Notes: generated by a model not told the origin, from the letters alone. A stretch of 64,000 nucleotides of DNA from Octopus sinensis (GCF_006345805.1 NC_043009.1:12214001-12278000); one strand, 5' to 3'. Positions 39,172 to 52,773 are shown, counted from the first letter of the stretch. Numbers and translations are program-made.

Positions 39172-39474
39172 ATCACGTGACCGACCAGGCTATCAGATGT
39201 TGCTCCACATCGCTGGTCACAATGCGATTCGCATTGTTTTAGCCTTCAAATGACGCTACCCCGCTGGCTAAGCGAGCAGGCCAACAGAAGAAAGAGTGAG
39301 AGAAAGTTGGAGCGAAAGAGTACAGCAGGGATCGCTACCACCCTCTGCCGGAGCCTCGTGGAGCTTTAGGTGCTTTCGCTCAATAAACACTCACAACGCC
39401 CGGTCTGGGAATCGAAAACGCGATCCTACGACCGCGAGTCCGCTGCCCTAACCACTGGGCCATTACGCCTCCAC
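39163..39474 (-). mobile_element. OK-like SINE, tail variant B (second copy at 56107-56417)
   Basis: Same head and body as 4797-5112, but the tail is GCCTGCTCGCTTAGCCAGC..GCCTGGTCGGTCACGTGATCACGTGA. Confidence 0.8.
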
Positions 39475-39581
39475 ACACACACACACACACACACATACAT
39501 ACATATATATATGTGACCTCGTGTGTACCGTTGGCGATTTTTTCCTCTGTCTTCTCTTCTCGGGATCTTTCTTTCTCCTAT

Positions 39582-39616
39582 GTTTCCGACGGAGAGCTCC
39601 GCTCGAAACGTTAAAC
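39582..39616 (+). ncRNA. Degenerate minimal HHR (core CCGACGG), probably inactive
   Basis: GTTT-CCGACGG-A-GAGC-tcc-GCTC-GAAA-CGT-T^AAAC. The stems are intact but U4 and A9 are mutated. Confidence 0.5.
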
Positions 39617-39729
39617 TCTCCTTCTTCCCTTCTTTCCTGAGCGTCCAATAATACTATATTTGTTCCACATCCTCGCGTTGTTGTGTTTTCTTGTTTGTAT
39701 TAACTATATATATATATATATATATCAAG

Positions 39730-40560
39730 CTAGAGCGAAAAATGCAACTTTCGAAATTGGTAACCAAGAATCGATATTTTGTTGCGAATTAGAGTTAAAA
39801 GAAAGGTGTATAAAGAACTTTGTCGCTAAATATGTTTTAGACTCCGCAACGCAATTGAAAATTTTAAAAATCGCTATTTTTGTTCGAATTGTGGATTTCA
39901 TGGATTATAATTCGTAACTAATACATATATCTACATATCAGAATGCAAAACAATAAATATAGTATCCTTAAAAGTTTGCATACCAAATTTCAATACAATT
40001 GACTAATATCTTGAGGTTCTGCATCGACTATAAAGGGAACGGGAGTGTGAACCTCCCGCCAGTGCCGCTTCAAAGGTTGTTTCGTGTGGACGTACGTCGT
40101 ACATGTGTGAAGTTTTCTGCTTTGTACCTAGACTTTGGTCTATCGTATTAAAATTAATGATCTTCTGAAATTTAGTGTTGCCTACATTTAGTTATGACCC
40201 ATAAGCCAATAACGCGTCATGATGCTGAATGCTCAATATTTGGTTCTCCATGTGATCTTAGCGAGGGAGTTTTGCCAATTTAAAGGACGTACTAAAATGT
40301 GATTTATTTGAACGAGAAAAAGTAAAGGATGTAGTCAGGAAAGATCCTTCAACTAAACAAATTGTCAAGATTGTAGCAGAAAAGGTAATTCTTCTTTGGC
40401 AAAAGGCATCCATCCCTTGTGTTACGATTGAGTTAGTTAAACCGAAAATCTTTAACTTTTATCTAAAGTACCAAGTATTACTAAATTCTGTGAAAAATAG
40501 AAAAAATCTGTGCCATTATTTCGAGCAAAGTGTAATGTGTTTAAAAACAAGGGATCGAGG
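39730..40560 (+). mobile_element. 5' remnant of a DNA transposon (superfamily uncertain)
   Basis: Met-less frame KDVLKC..PSTKQIVKIVAEKVILLWQKASIPCV..KIFNFYLKYQVL resembles transposase N-termini with a W-x-K-A-x-I-P motif. Recognised from memory only. Confidence 0.45.
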
Positions 40561-41943
40561 AACACAATGGCTACATTGAAGCCTTAACTACACGCAAAGA
40601 TATTCGTGTGTAAGTGTGAGTGTCAATGCACGTGAGTGCTAGTTTGCGTGTGATTGCGTATACGTGTGTGCATGCGTGTGTGTGACAGTGTAAGTATGTG
40701 CGTGTGTATGTGTGCGTGCACGTGTGTGTATGTGTGTGTGACTGTGTATATATGTCTGTGTATGCAAACGTGCATGTCCGACTGTGTGTATGTATGCCTG
40801 TGCCTTTCTGTGTGAGTTTATGAGAGTGTTTGTGTTCTTGTTGTGTATAAGGTAAACAAAATTGCGTGTATCCTCGCAAAGCTTTTACACTTTTGGTCTT
40901 AATAATGTCTGTACTCAGTGAGGTGAGATAAGCATAAATATAATTTTAATTATATGAGAAGCAAAACAAAATAAAAAGAATAATAATAATAATAAAAACA
41001 TGTTATTTTCCGTAAATTAATTTAATGGTGAAAACCAGCATCTACTTGTTGAAAATAAGTGAGGTGAAGAATAATTTAATAAACTCTATTTTACTTGATA
41101 GGAGGAAGGATAATTAAAACAATATACTTCTTTTCCTCTACTTATTTTTTCCCAAAAAAACTGACTTCCTTATCATTCAAGCCATTCACTTCCTCGTTAG
41201 GTTACAATTCGGTGAGATTTGGAAAGGGAAGCGAGGTGTACGACCAGAGAGTTTTGATGTGGATGGATGAATGGATGTGAGCAGATGTGAAGGTGAAGAA
41301 AGAAAGGTCAAAGTGCAGGAGTAAAATTACAAAAAAGAGAGGAAATCTTGTTTATTACTCAGTCATTCAATTAAAAACCGGAAGTAGAGTTGTTGATATA
41401 TATATATGTATATATATATTTCATGCCTTATGAAAATATATAGCAGAGTTGTTGATTGTTGAAACTGTTCTCAATAATAATAATATATTTCGAAGGGGCC
41501 TCTTTCTTCAATCTTCAAATTTGTCCCTAAGGATTTTAGCATTCATGCTTTCATTATTTACATAGTTACTCCGCCCACAAACGTCTAAATATCTTTCCGT
41601 TCACTATCTTTCACTCTTCCAGATGGCTACCTGAAAGTATGGTCCCTCTGTCGATGTCAGACCAAACGTTGTGAATGAAAAAGTGATACTGTGGTCTGTG
41701 TTTTTTTTTTTTGTTTATGAAAATCTTTCATTTGGAAAACACATTTAGTGTAGCACGAAACCTGACTGCGGCAAGTCACTATGGATCAGTTCTTTGAAAG
41801 AGTTTAAACATAGAAACGCTATCAAGACGACTAGACACACACATGTACATACACACACACATATACACACACTCATACACATATACATGTGTTATTATTG
41901 TTGTTTTTTGTTGTTATTATTATCAATAATAATAATAATGATG

Positions 41944-42009
<66 letters not shown>

Positions 42010-42129
42010 TAATGATGATGATGATGACAACGACGACGACGATGATGGTGATGATGATGATGAAGAAGATGATGATGATGATGATGATGATGAGGATGAT
42101 GATGATGATGATGATAATTGTTTCTTTAT

Positions 42130-43700
42130 TGACCACAATGGCCACAAACAAAACAAATAGGGACAATACAAAAACTTGGGACATGTGGAGTTCAAAACAA
42201 AATCGAGTAAACAATAAAATAACAATGACAACAATCCAATCAGACAATAGAATTCCCCAAAAGGAGAAGGGAGTATCTCACGGGAACAACCGAGGAGCCC
42301 CACACATTCTGGTTATCCCGACCGCCAGATGCACCTCAGCAGGCGCCTCTCTCCTTCTCAACTCCTCCGGTCAACAAACGAAAGTTCGGAGTAGGCCCAG
42401 ACACATGGGCCATTCTCGCCACATGCACCCACCTTTCAACAAAATTAATGGGGGCAAAACTTCCTTCTCTACCCTCATTTTCTTTTTCAAGTGGAACTTG
42501 AAAAGGTAGATGAAGGTTTTGCACCTCTGCCATCCGGGACCATCGAACGGCTTTCGTCCACTTATGTCTTAGAGTACGCGCCCTAACTCTGACAACGCAG
42601 TCTTCGTGCTTGGCATTGGAGAATTGATCAAGAGCCAATCTCACCGCTAGCAGTTCTACTCCTTAGCACTTAATATAGCTCCCTAACTAGTTCTCCCTCA
42701 ATTCTATATTCCTCTAAGGCCAGTTCCTTACTAAATCCTACTGCCTCTACTCTAATAGCCCTTTTCAGGCCTATTCACCAAAGGCTGTTGACGATTGACC
42801 CCGCCAACGTCTGATAGACTAACTCGCTAACCCGGTTTCTGAATGCTTGACGTGCCGAGGAAGATGCTTTCAGCTTCTAGTACTCGGGGCCCAGCCACTG
42901 GCTCGGGAATGAAATTTGCTTAGGGGGTGCAAACCCAGGTCCAAAAATATTTACAAACAAGGTCTTTTTTTTTGTTATTTTTGTGTTTTGTTCTTTGAGA
43001 GGGAACCTAACTTCAAGCTACTTTTTACACATCGCTTTTTATTTACCGTTTTCTAAACCCGAGGAAAATAAGTAGGGCTGCAAATTTTGATTCTGCACTC
43101 CGCAAAAATTCTAGGGGCTGCACTTGCACCACCTGCAACCCCTGTCCCGGGCCCATGGGCCCATGGGCCCAGCCTATGGATCCTATCTAGGTTGACTGTG
43201 TAGATCATAAATTTTGGTTTGTGTAGCCGACGACTTTGAACTGTATGCTATTTCTGTCTACTGGCCTACAGAAAATCCTGTCCAAATACGATCTGGAAGA
43301 CCATGTGCTGTTTGCCCATGTCCACATTGTTGCATTCAGGAAGTCCAGTCGGTACTTGTCAGTCAATTGGAAACGACTGAGCAGATTTATGAGGCTTTCG
43401 CACCCTATCCAGTTGTGCATCCACAATAGCGTTCCAATCGCCCACTAGAGCTAAAGAGCGCAATGCCCCAAGGAAAACACCCGAACGTCTGAAGAAATTT
43501 GCTCCGCCCCAGTTGGGGCGTATACAGCGACTTGTCTGAAAGCATCACCTTCGCTGCTGTTCACATCCAGGACCACCAACTAACCTTCCGGGTCCAGGAA
43601 GATCGTCCGTACTTCTTTTTTGTTTCTGCCACCTCAGGGGGATGGCATTACTGGCTTACGCCTTTTCCAGTTTTATTAACTTAACTGCCTCAGCTAGACT
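42130..43700 (-). mobile_element. Tx1/L1-like LINE remnants: APE endonuclease piece (43170-43700) and C-terminal/3' piece (42130-42885), separated by a GC-rich insert
   Basis: VVLDV..FRQVAVYAP, LTDKYRLD..TMWTW..SYLDRIF; FVERWVHVARMAHVSG; (ATC)n/(ATT)n tail. Confidence 0.7.
42888..43165. mobile_element. Possible Harbinger-like MITE with GGGCCC-type termini
   Basis: Begins ggggcccag..ggggtgcaa and ends ttgcaccacctgcaacccctgtcccgggccc. Confidence 0.35.
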
Positions 43701-44279
43701 CATGTCTTTCTGAAGCAGATCTTTGCTTTTCGTTGCTTTCGATGCGAATTTAGTCTGATTCATGTTGTCGTTCATTACGATGTTATTCGTTGTAGTGGTA
43801 GCCCTGGCGGAGTTGTCTGTGGTCTTCATACTGCTGGTATGAGCTGTCTTTTGAGTTGGAGTATTCCACTGAATTGGAGGAAATTCAGCTTCGTAATTTG
43901 TGATGTCGCTAAAGTTGTTCGCATCATTATTTTTTGAAGTGTGTGCGAGAATTTGAACCTGTTATGTGCTTGCCTCCCCTTCTATTGGCGGGTAGTAGGC
44001 AGAGAGCACTTCTGCGTCTTGCACCTCTCTATCTGAAACACCTGTCATCTTCTCTTCAACAAGGCTGCTTTCACCATGTTTCTTTTCTTTTTAAATGAAC
44101 ATTTGAAACAATTATTTTGAGGTTACAGGCCCCAGTGGGGCACTAACAACACAAAGCGACTCACCTAAGCAAATGTAGCGCTTCAGAAAAACGTTTGGAA
44201 ACAAAATAAGCAATTAACAACTTTTGGAAACAAAGTTTTGGAGGAAAAACATGTGCATTCCGTCAGGACGACGACGACC

Positions 44280-44676
44280 TATAATAATAATTATAATAAT
44301 AATAATAATAACAATAATAATAATAATAATAATGATAATAATAATATTAGTAATAACACTAACAACAACCACAACAATAGTATAATCCTTTCTACTGAAT
44401 CACAAGGCCTCAAATTTTGGGGAAGGGATTAATTCGATTACATCGATCCAGTGCGTAACTGGTACTAATGTTATCGACCCCAAAATGATGAAGGGCAAAT
44501 TCGACCTCGGCGGAATTTAAACTCAGAACGTAACGGTAGACGAAATACCGCTAAGCATTACGCTGCCTTTAATATAATAATAATATAATATAATAATATA
44601 ATAATAATACAATAATAAAATAATAATAATAATAATAAAAATAATATAATAATAATAATAATAATAACAATAATAA

Positions 44677-44711
<35 letters not shown>

Positions 44712-44793
44712 TAATAAAAATAATAAAATAATAATAATAATAATATAATAATAACAATAATAAAAATAATATAATAATAATAATAATAATAAC

Positions 44794-44835
<42 letters not shown>

Positions 44836-44841
44836 TAATAA

Positions 44842-44873
<32 letters not shown>

Positions 44874-45091
44874 TAATAATAATAACAATAATAATATAAT
44901 AATATAATAGTAATAATAATAACAATAATAAAAATAATAATAATAATAATAATAACAATAATAAAAATAATAATAATAACAATAATAATAATAATAATAG
45001 CAATAATAATAACAACAACAATATAATAATAACAATAACAACAATAATAATAATATAAAAATAATAATAATAATAATAATAACAATATAAA

Positions 45092-45123
<32 letters not shown>

Positions 45124-45553
45124 TAATATAATAATGATAATAATAATAATATAATAATAATAACAATAATATAATAATAATAATAATAATATAATAATAT
45201 AATAGCAATATAATAATAATAATAATAACAACACAATAATAATAATAATAATAATAATAACGATAACAATAATAATAATAATAATAATAAAATAATAATA
45301 ATAATAATAATAATATTAGTAATAACACTAACAACAACCACAACAATAGTAATAATCCTTTCTAATGGAATCACAAGGCCTCAAATTTGGGGAAGGGATT
45401 AATTCGATTACATCGATCCCAGTGCGTAACTGGTACTAATGTTATCGACCCCAAAATGATGAAGGGCAAATTCGACCTCGGCGGAATTTAAACTCAGAAC
45501 GTAACGGTAGACGAATACCGCTAAGCATTATGCTGCCTTTAATAATAATAATA

Positions 45554-45592
<39 letters not shown>

Positions 45593-45608
45593 GACAACAA
45601 TAATAATA

Positions 45609-45650
<42 letters not shown>

Positions 45651-45760
45651 TAATAATAATAATAATAGCAATAATAATAATAATAATAATACAACAACAA
45701 TAATAATATAATAATAATAATATAACGATAACAATAATAATAATTATAATAATAATAATA

Positions 45761-45803
<43 letters not shown>

Positions 45804-46031
45804 TATATTAGTAATAACACTAACAACAACCACAACAATAGTAATAATCCTTTCTACTGGAATCACAAGGCCTCAAATTTTGGGGAAGGGATTAATTCGA
45901 TTACATCGATCCCAGTGCGTAACTGGTACTAATGTTATCGACCCCAAAATGATGAAGGGCAAATTCGACCTCGGCGGAATTTAAACTCAGAACGTAACGG
46001 TAGACGAAATACCGCTAAGCATTACGCTGCC

Positions 46032-46110
<79 letters not shown>
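44280..46110. repeat. Three near-identical 225-bp SINE-containing units separated by irregular (AAT)n tracts
   Basis: Units at 44345-44569, 45313-45540 and 45806-46033 differ mainly by 1-nt indels. Confidence 0.92.
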
Positions 46111-46116
<6 letters not shown>

Positions 46117-46280
46117 TATATAAAGGATTGAGGTAACTCCTCCTGAATATATAGAGTCAAAATTAAAAGAAGAGTGCCATTGTTATCTAGTGAACGATAT
46201 TTCGACATCTTGTATGTCTTCAACTGGTTCAAAAATGATTCTATCAATCTATTTCATTTTGGTTAATATATAAAGGATTG

Positions 46281-46311
<31 letters not shown>

Positions 46312-46322
46312 TAATAATAATG

Positions 46323-46386
<64 letters not shown>

Positions 46387-46599
46387 CAACAACAACTTTT
46401 GATCTTCACCGATTAGAAATGTTATGTACATTGTTTTGTCTTGGTACAGCAAATATTCTGCTCAATACCACAGATTTGCTTGTCAGTTGATTTACCTTAC
46501 CCAGTTGAGCATGTCCCTTGGGGCCTGACAACATTTGCATCTCTGATCACGAGTGGGAGAGGATCATAGCTATGTGTTGAGTGAAATTCTTTGGGGCTT

Positions 46600-47116
46600 G
46601 AACAATTCACCGCTGGCAGGTAAAGTCGTTCTATATCTGCTTAGAGTGGTGCATTCTGTGCACTGTGAACAATTTTCGTATATTTCAGTCAAGTTTACAT
46701 ATTTCAATAATCGACCAGTTAATAATATTGAAACTGTAAGTCACGACCGGTATGGCTAAAGTATTGATCGTTTCTTGCATTCAGCTCTGTCTTGAGTATT
46801 GCCCTTACCCTACGATAACATTCTTTTCTGATATTTTCCAACATTATTGATTCTGTGATTCTATCACCTTAAAATACCCCTCGGTATTTATAGCTCTCCG
46901 CTGGTTCTAAATACTTTATGATATTCTGTTGGTCAAGGTTAACGTTAGATGTTTCTATCTTTTTCCCTCTGATAAAGGTAGCTTTTTGCAAATTTATCGA
47001 GGCCAAATTCCATCTGAATGTCATCAATGAACTGTTTAACAATTACTAGTAAGCCCTGTAGTTGCTGGTCATTTTTTGCAAAGAGCTTTATTATTATTAT
47101 TATTATTGTAGTTGTG

Positions 47117-47161
<45 letters not shown>

Positions 47162-48115
47162 TCATAAGTATTATTTTTCCGATTTATTTGCATTTTATTC
47201 TATCTTCCGACAGGGTCTCATATATAAGGCGCGTATATATTAGACGGAGAGAGACTTGCTGAGAACGTGGGCGGTTAATGTCAACACAGATTTCTGAGTC
47301 TGGCAGATTATTGGTTTCACAGGGATCTGATCAAAAACTTTGCGAGTACCTTTCTAGATCACTCGCAGATCTCTTACAATAACAGGAAGGGCTTTGGTTT
47401 TTGTATTGCCACCTCTTAGATATCTCAATCTTAACGTCCATATATTTCGACAGTTTTTCAAATTCCTTTGCTGTAGTGTTTCTAAAAGTAGGCACCGTCA
47501 TATCAAGTAACAGGCATTTTTTTTTGTCTTAGGTCTTTAATGACGATGTCTTGTTTGCCTGTTAGAATTTGCCTATTTATATGTATCCCATAATCATATA
47601 GAAAGGCAACATTCTCTCCCTTAGTGACTGGCTCTGGATGGTCCTCATACGAGTTCTTAGGGTGCGGGATATCATAGTGACGGCATATGCTCCAGTGCAA
47701 ATATTGGCCGGCTCGACCATGCCTGGTTTTATATTCTGTAGGAGCAAGGACTGAGCAACCAGCAACAATGCGGTCATCTCTAAAGTTTGTCATTGCAATG
47801 TCTACACTTTGTGTCTACCTCATTGTGTATGAGGCAGTTCCGAGTGAGGAGATTCCGATCTTGTGCCGCTAGGATAAATGCATCTGTTTCGGCTTTCAAA
47901 CCAACACTATACAATTACTGAAGGGTTCTGCTCGCATGTACATCATCTTCTTCAGCTCCTTTAGAGTATTGCCCATGCAATGGTTTCTCTTGATATTTCC
48001 TTCAAGCTTGCTTGCTTGGCTTTTGTTTTACACTTTTTTGCTGCCTTACTGGGTGGTGTATCCTCTTTATCATCATCATAATCAGGAAGGTCAAGCTCTC
48101 ATCTGTATGTACATA
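46600..48115 (-). mobile_element. Dong/R4-clade LINE remnants: C-terminal CCHC plus RLE (about 47215-48115) and RT piece (about 46600-47090)
   Basis: EKPLHGQY, GLKAETDAFILAAQD, KCRHC..IVAGCSVLAPTEYKTRH, LHWSIC, KQDIVIKD; KNDQQLQGLL..MEFGLDK. Embedded in AAT-type repeats. Confidence 0.85.
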
Positions 48116-48239
48116 CCGCCTTTGAGACTGTGGGTAGTTTCTTCTTCTTCTTCTCTTCTTCTTCTTCTTCTTCTTCTTCTTCTTCTTCTTCTTCTTCTTC
48201 TTCTTCTTCTTCTTCTTCTTCTTCTTCTTCTTCTTCATG

Positions 48240-48293
<54 letters not shown>

Positions 48294-48340
48294 GTATATA
48301 TATATGTAAATATATACGTGTGTGTGTATGCTTGTATATG

Positions 48341-48378
<38 letters not shown>

Positions 48379-48461
48379 TGCATACATATCGATTTGTCTG
48401 TCCTTCTCTCTCACTCTCTCTTCCCCTCTCGCTTTCCACACACACACATACTCACGCACAG

Positions 48462-48524
<63 letters not shown>

Positions 48525-50244
48525 TACACACACACATATATATATATCCGACCCGCTTAGATAAGGGGTTTTTTTCTACTAGCTGAGAAATTTACAGTTT
48601 CTTTCTTTTCACAGATGTTTTAGGAGTCAGAAATTGTAAAATACGTAACAAAATGCTTCGCCGTTAACCACTGTGAGCAGCAGGACCCTATGTAGCTGAA
48701 ACGTTTGTATCTTAAGGATTTTATCTTAAGGTACAGTAGTGTAATTAAAATATATGACTAGATTTATTGCCCTTCAAAGTTTTCAGTTGTGCCCCGATTA
48801 TGCCAGCATGAGGCGCGCACATATTGCCATGTGCAATACCATTTAACCAGTTATTGCTTAACCCCAGGTCAGCTCTGATAGAGCAAAACTTAGTTCAAAT
48901 GTGTGGTACCATTGAGGGTCCCACCATTTTCTATATCATGAGCTACGTTGCCCATCGTATCGTTGCGTGAGATAATAAGTTGTAATTTCAAGGATATTAG
49001 GTTATTATTTGTAACAGGATAACTCACTTCATAGATAATCTTGTGTCTGGCTTGTTTTGATATGCTTCCGTATTTAATAGTTATCTTTGTATAGCACTGT
49101 ATTATCCATAAGTCTTCTATATGTCCTAACTCTATCGATACAGGGGTTACCATAAGCTAGTCAATATAACATTATATTACACTCACTCAAAATGTGTTAT
49201 ACGCAATATATGGACGTCGTTTGCGCCACGTGAAATTTGAGGCAGTGGAGATAGACAGTTTGTATTTTCAAACTTTCACGGTGTACTTCTCCGCAATTGG
49301 AACACGAATACAGATTTTAATATAATTCTTTTTGATTTTGGAACAAGACCAATCCTTTCTCATTTTTGGCAATTTTGCGGAGTTAAGAAGTCGACTGATA
49401 CTTATTTTCACAGCCTTGAAAGGATGAAAAGCAAAGTCGAATTCGGCAACATTTCAGGTGAGAACGTAAATAACCGAATGCAAAGCTGGTACGTATTTTG
49501 TCCAGTGCGGTAACTAATCTACCAACTCCTTGTCTTTATTTTGGTATTAATATGAATGTTAGAGTTTCGTCCGTTTTTATGTTCAGAGTTCAAATTCCTC
49601 CGATATCGACTTTGCTTTTCATCCTTTCGGAGTCGAAAAAAATAATTACCAGTTGAGCACTAGGGTTGATGTAATCGACATACTCCACCCCTAAAATTAC
49701 TAGTTTTGTGCCAAAACATTTGAAATCAACATAAATTTTGTAGTTATAATGGTTGGTCGTGTGGCCAAGACGTTAGATTCGCAGCTACAGCGTTTCTGGT
49801 TCAATCACATTGCATGGCACCTTGACCAATAGTCTTCTAACTTTGACTTGGCTCGACCAATAATTTGGGAAAGAAATTTGGCAGGCAGAAACTGTATGGA
49901 AGCTTAAGGAGGGACCGTCCCTATTCTTGAGTACTTGGCGTAATTCATTGCCCGGATTAACGCCAATGCTTGGTTCACGCTTGCATTCAGTAAATTTCAC
50001 TCTGCAGTAAACATTGAGATCAGGTCCGTGATTTGAGAATAACTTCCTCTCTTTTTACCACCAGTCTTGGAAAGAGTCATAGAAGCTACTCTTCCGCCAT
50101 TGACTAAACTATTAAAAATCCCAATATGCAAGGTAATAATCTAAGATGTTGATGTCGCCATTCCGTTATGTGGAATATGCATTTATTACACAATCATAAT
50201 ACGCTTGAATTATCCCTAATTGAGCTTCGTACTGAACACGGCAC

Positions 50245-50450
50245 GGTCGAATGGTTAAGATGTTGACTTTTCAGCCTCGAGGTTCTAGGTTCAAATCCCA
50301 CGACGTTGCATCGTGGGTAGTTCACGTTTACCATGAGTTCGAGCAGGCAGAAAATGTTTGGAAGCCAATCAGATAAGGTGTATCTTTAAATCAAAGCTCC
50401 ATTCTTGTCATGCAGTCCGCCACGCTGACCCTACCCGACAATTGGTTTAA
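50245..50450 (+). mobile_element. Remnant of a further tRNA-derived SINE
   Basis: A-box-like GGTCGAATGG and B-box GGTTCAAATCC followed by non-tRNA sequence. Confidence 0.5.
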
Positions 50451-50453
50451 GAT

Positions 50454-50943
50454 GTGCAAGCAGATGAAAGGGGAAATCGTCGAATCACCATCCGTAGGTT
50501 ATCAGAGGAAGTACAGATTAGTTACAGTTCAGTTCAGTCCATTTTCATTGAAGATTTATATATGAGACGCGTGTCTGCCAAGTTTGTGCCAAAATTGCTT
50601 TCAGCTGACGTAAAAGACACTCAAGTTTCAGTTGCACAAGATCTTTGTTGTGTAGAGAACGATGAAACCTTTTTTGATAACTTTGCGTAGGTCTCTGAAT
50701 GGGTATCGTCAAGTTTTTGGTAAAATTTGATGCAGATTCTCCGCTCAACTTTTCCTGTCATGGTCAATGCAACGATCACATGCTACACACCTTCCTTCGA
50801 GGCACTGCTGTTAACAGTGAGCTAGAACGTCAAAACTCAGTGCACGTGCGCATTAAAGTTCAAGGTCAATTTGTGTCAAGCGACTTTACCCTGCGTGCTT
50901 TAGCTTCGTTACTATGGCAACAGACCGGATATTTATTGATCAG
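50454..50943. mobile_element. Rearranged mariner: plus-strand HTH fragment (50454-50687) joined to a minus-strand 5' end with TIR (50690-50943)
   Basis: Plus strand: NRRITIRRLSEEVQISYSSVQSI..MRRVSAKFVPKLL. Minus strand: ATG at 50761-50759 gives MTGKVERRICIKFYQKL; TIR-like CTGATCAATAAATATCCGG at 50943-50925. Confidence 0.8.
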
Positions 50944-52035
50944 TGATCATTACTCATTTACTTGTTTCAGTCATTTGACTGTGGCCATGCTGGAGCACCA
51001 CCTTTAGTCGAGCAAATCGACGCCAGGGCTTATTCTTTGTAAGCCTAGTACTTATTCTATCTGTCTCTTTTGCCGAACCGCTAAGTTACGGGGACGTAAA
51101 CACACCAACATCGGTTGTCAAGGGATGTTGGGAGGACAAACAGACAGTTTCTTTCAGTTTCCGTCTACCAAATCCACTCACAAGGCTTTGGTCGGCCCGA
51201 GGCTATAGTAGAAGACACTTGCCCAAGGTGCCACGTAGTGGGACTGAACCCGTAACCATGTGGTCGGTGAGCAAGCTACTTACCACACAGTCACTCCTAC
51301 GCCTTGTACTTGACTAGTATTTTAATTTATCAATCCTGGAAGGACGAAAAGTAAACTTGATATACAAATAATGAGTTGGTTTCGAGATAATGAGTTGGTT
51401 ATTATAAGCTGTTTATATATTTTATTTCTAACAAAAATTGCGATTACTCAAAACATACAGCGCTCCCTTTAATGACGCCCTGAGAACTTTAAATGATCCC
51501 AAAGGATGTTTGCTCGAAACTATCGACTGACATTTCTACTCGGACACACCACACATAACTAATTCTCCTTTTTAGGTCACTACGACTTATAAGATGAAGG
51601 TTTGTCCCATGCGTTGGTCCACAATTCGAGGAGGGGTTTGTGACTGCCTTCCGGGGCACTTTCTGAAAGGCCCCTTGATTTTGAGAGGATTCTCCACCAC
51701 AGTCTCCAGGATTATAAAAGCTGTGTTGTACTCCTGTGACATATTTCTCTAAGGACCCCTTTTCTTCACTCCTAATGTGTTACATTTTACAATCCTGTTT
51801 TAAACAAGCTATGAGATTGCTCCTCCTTAGAAGTATTGTCCTCTCAAATCTCTTCACCTTTCCTATAGATTTTGGTCTACTAAGTTCTGAACAAGCGTTG
51901 CTCATGTCAGTCTCACGAGTTAACGAAGACATGTATAGGCTATGAACGCTACTCCTTTTCCTCCTTACCCACCATTCAATGCAACACATCAGCGTGGCGT
52001 TGCTGATGCTGTTGCTGTTGCTGTTGCTGTTGAGC

Positions 52036-52389
52036 GTAGCGGTGTTCGTCCCAGTGGGAGAAATCGGAAACGTGGTCCTTTGCTATTCGTAAGACCCGCA
52101 GAAGAGAAAGCAGGTCGACCCTCGACACCGAGAGCATCGATGGATGGATGAATACGCATCCAGGCTCAGCGGTTGCGTAGGAAGTCGGGGACAAGAAACA
52201 GGAAGAAAGAGTGAGAGAAAGTTGGAGCGAAAGAGTACAACAGGGGTTGCCACCATCCCCTGTCGGAGCCTCGTGGAGCTTTAGGTGTTTTAGCTCAATA
52301 AACACACACAACGCCCTGTCTGGGAATCGAAACCGCGACCCTCCGACCGCGACTCTGCTGCCCTAACCACTGGGCCATTGCGCCTCCAC
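52036..52389 (-). mobile_element. OK-like SINE, tail variant C with (CAG/CAA)n end
   Basis: Same head and body as the other OK-like copies; the tail is TTGTCCCCGACTTCCTACGCAACC..GGGACGAACACCGCT. Confidence 0.78.
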
Positions 52390-52694
52390 TGCTGATACTG
52401 TTTCGACCCAGGGCAACTTTAACCCGATGGAACCGCAATCAAAAACATTCCAGCTGCCATCATTCAGACGTTTACTCTTTTTACTCCTTTACTTGTTTCA
52501 GTCATTTGACTGCGGCCATGCTGGAGCACCGCCTTTAGTCGAGCAAATCGACCCCCAGGACTTATTCTTTGTAACCCTAGTACTTATTCTACCGGTCTCT
52601 TTTGTCGAACCGCTAAGTTACGGGAACGTAAACACACCAACATCAGTTGTCAAGGGATGTTGGGGGGGCGACAAACACAGACACACAAACATAT

Positions 52695-52773
<79 letters not shown>

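Noticed and set aside
48615-48672. Exon candidate with a strong acceptor and GTGAGC donor
   Set aside because: Stops in all three frames, and nothing supports a non-coding exon.
48665-48710. CTGTGAGC..AGCTGAAACGTT as a hammerhead
   Set aside because: The core does not match CUGAnGA or its covariant; at most a relic.
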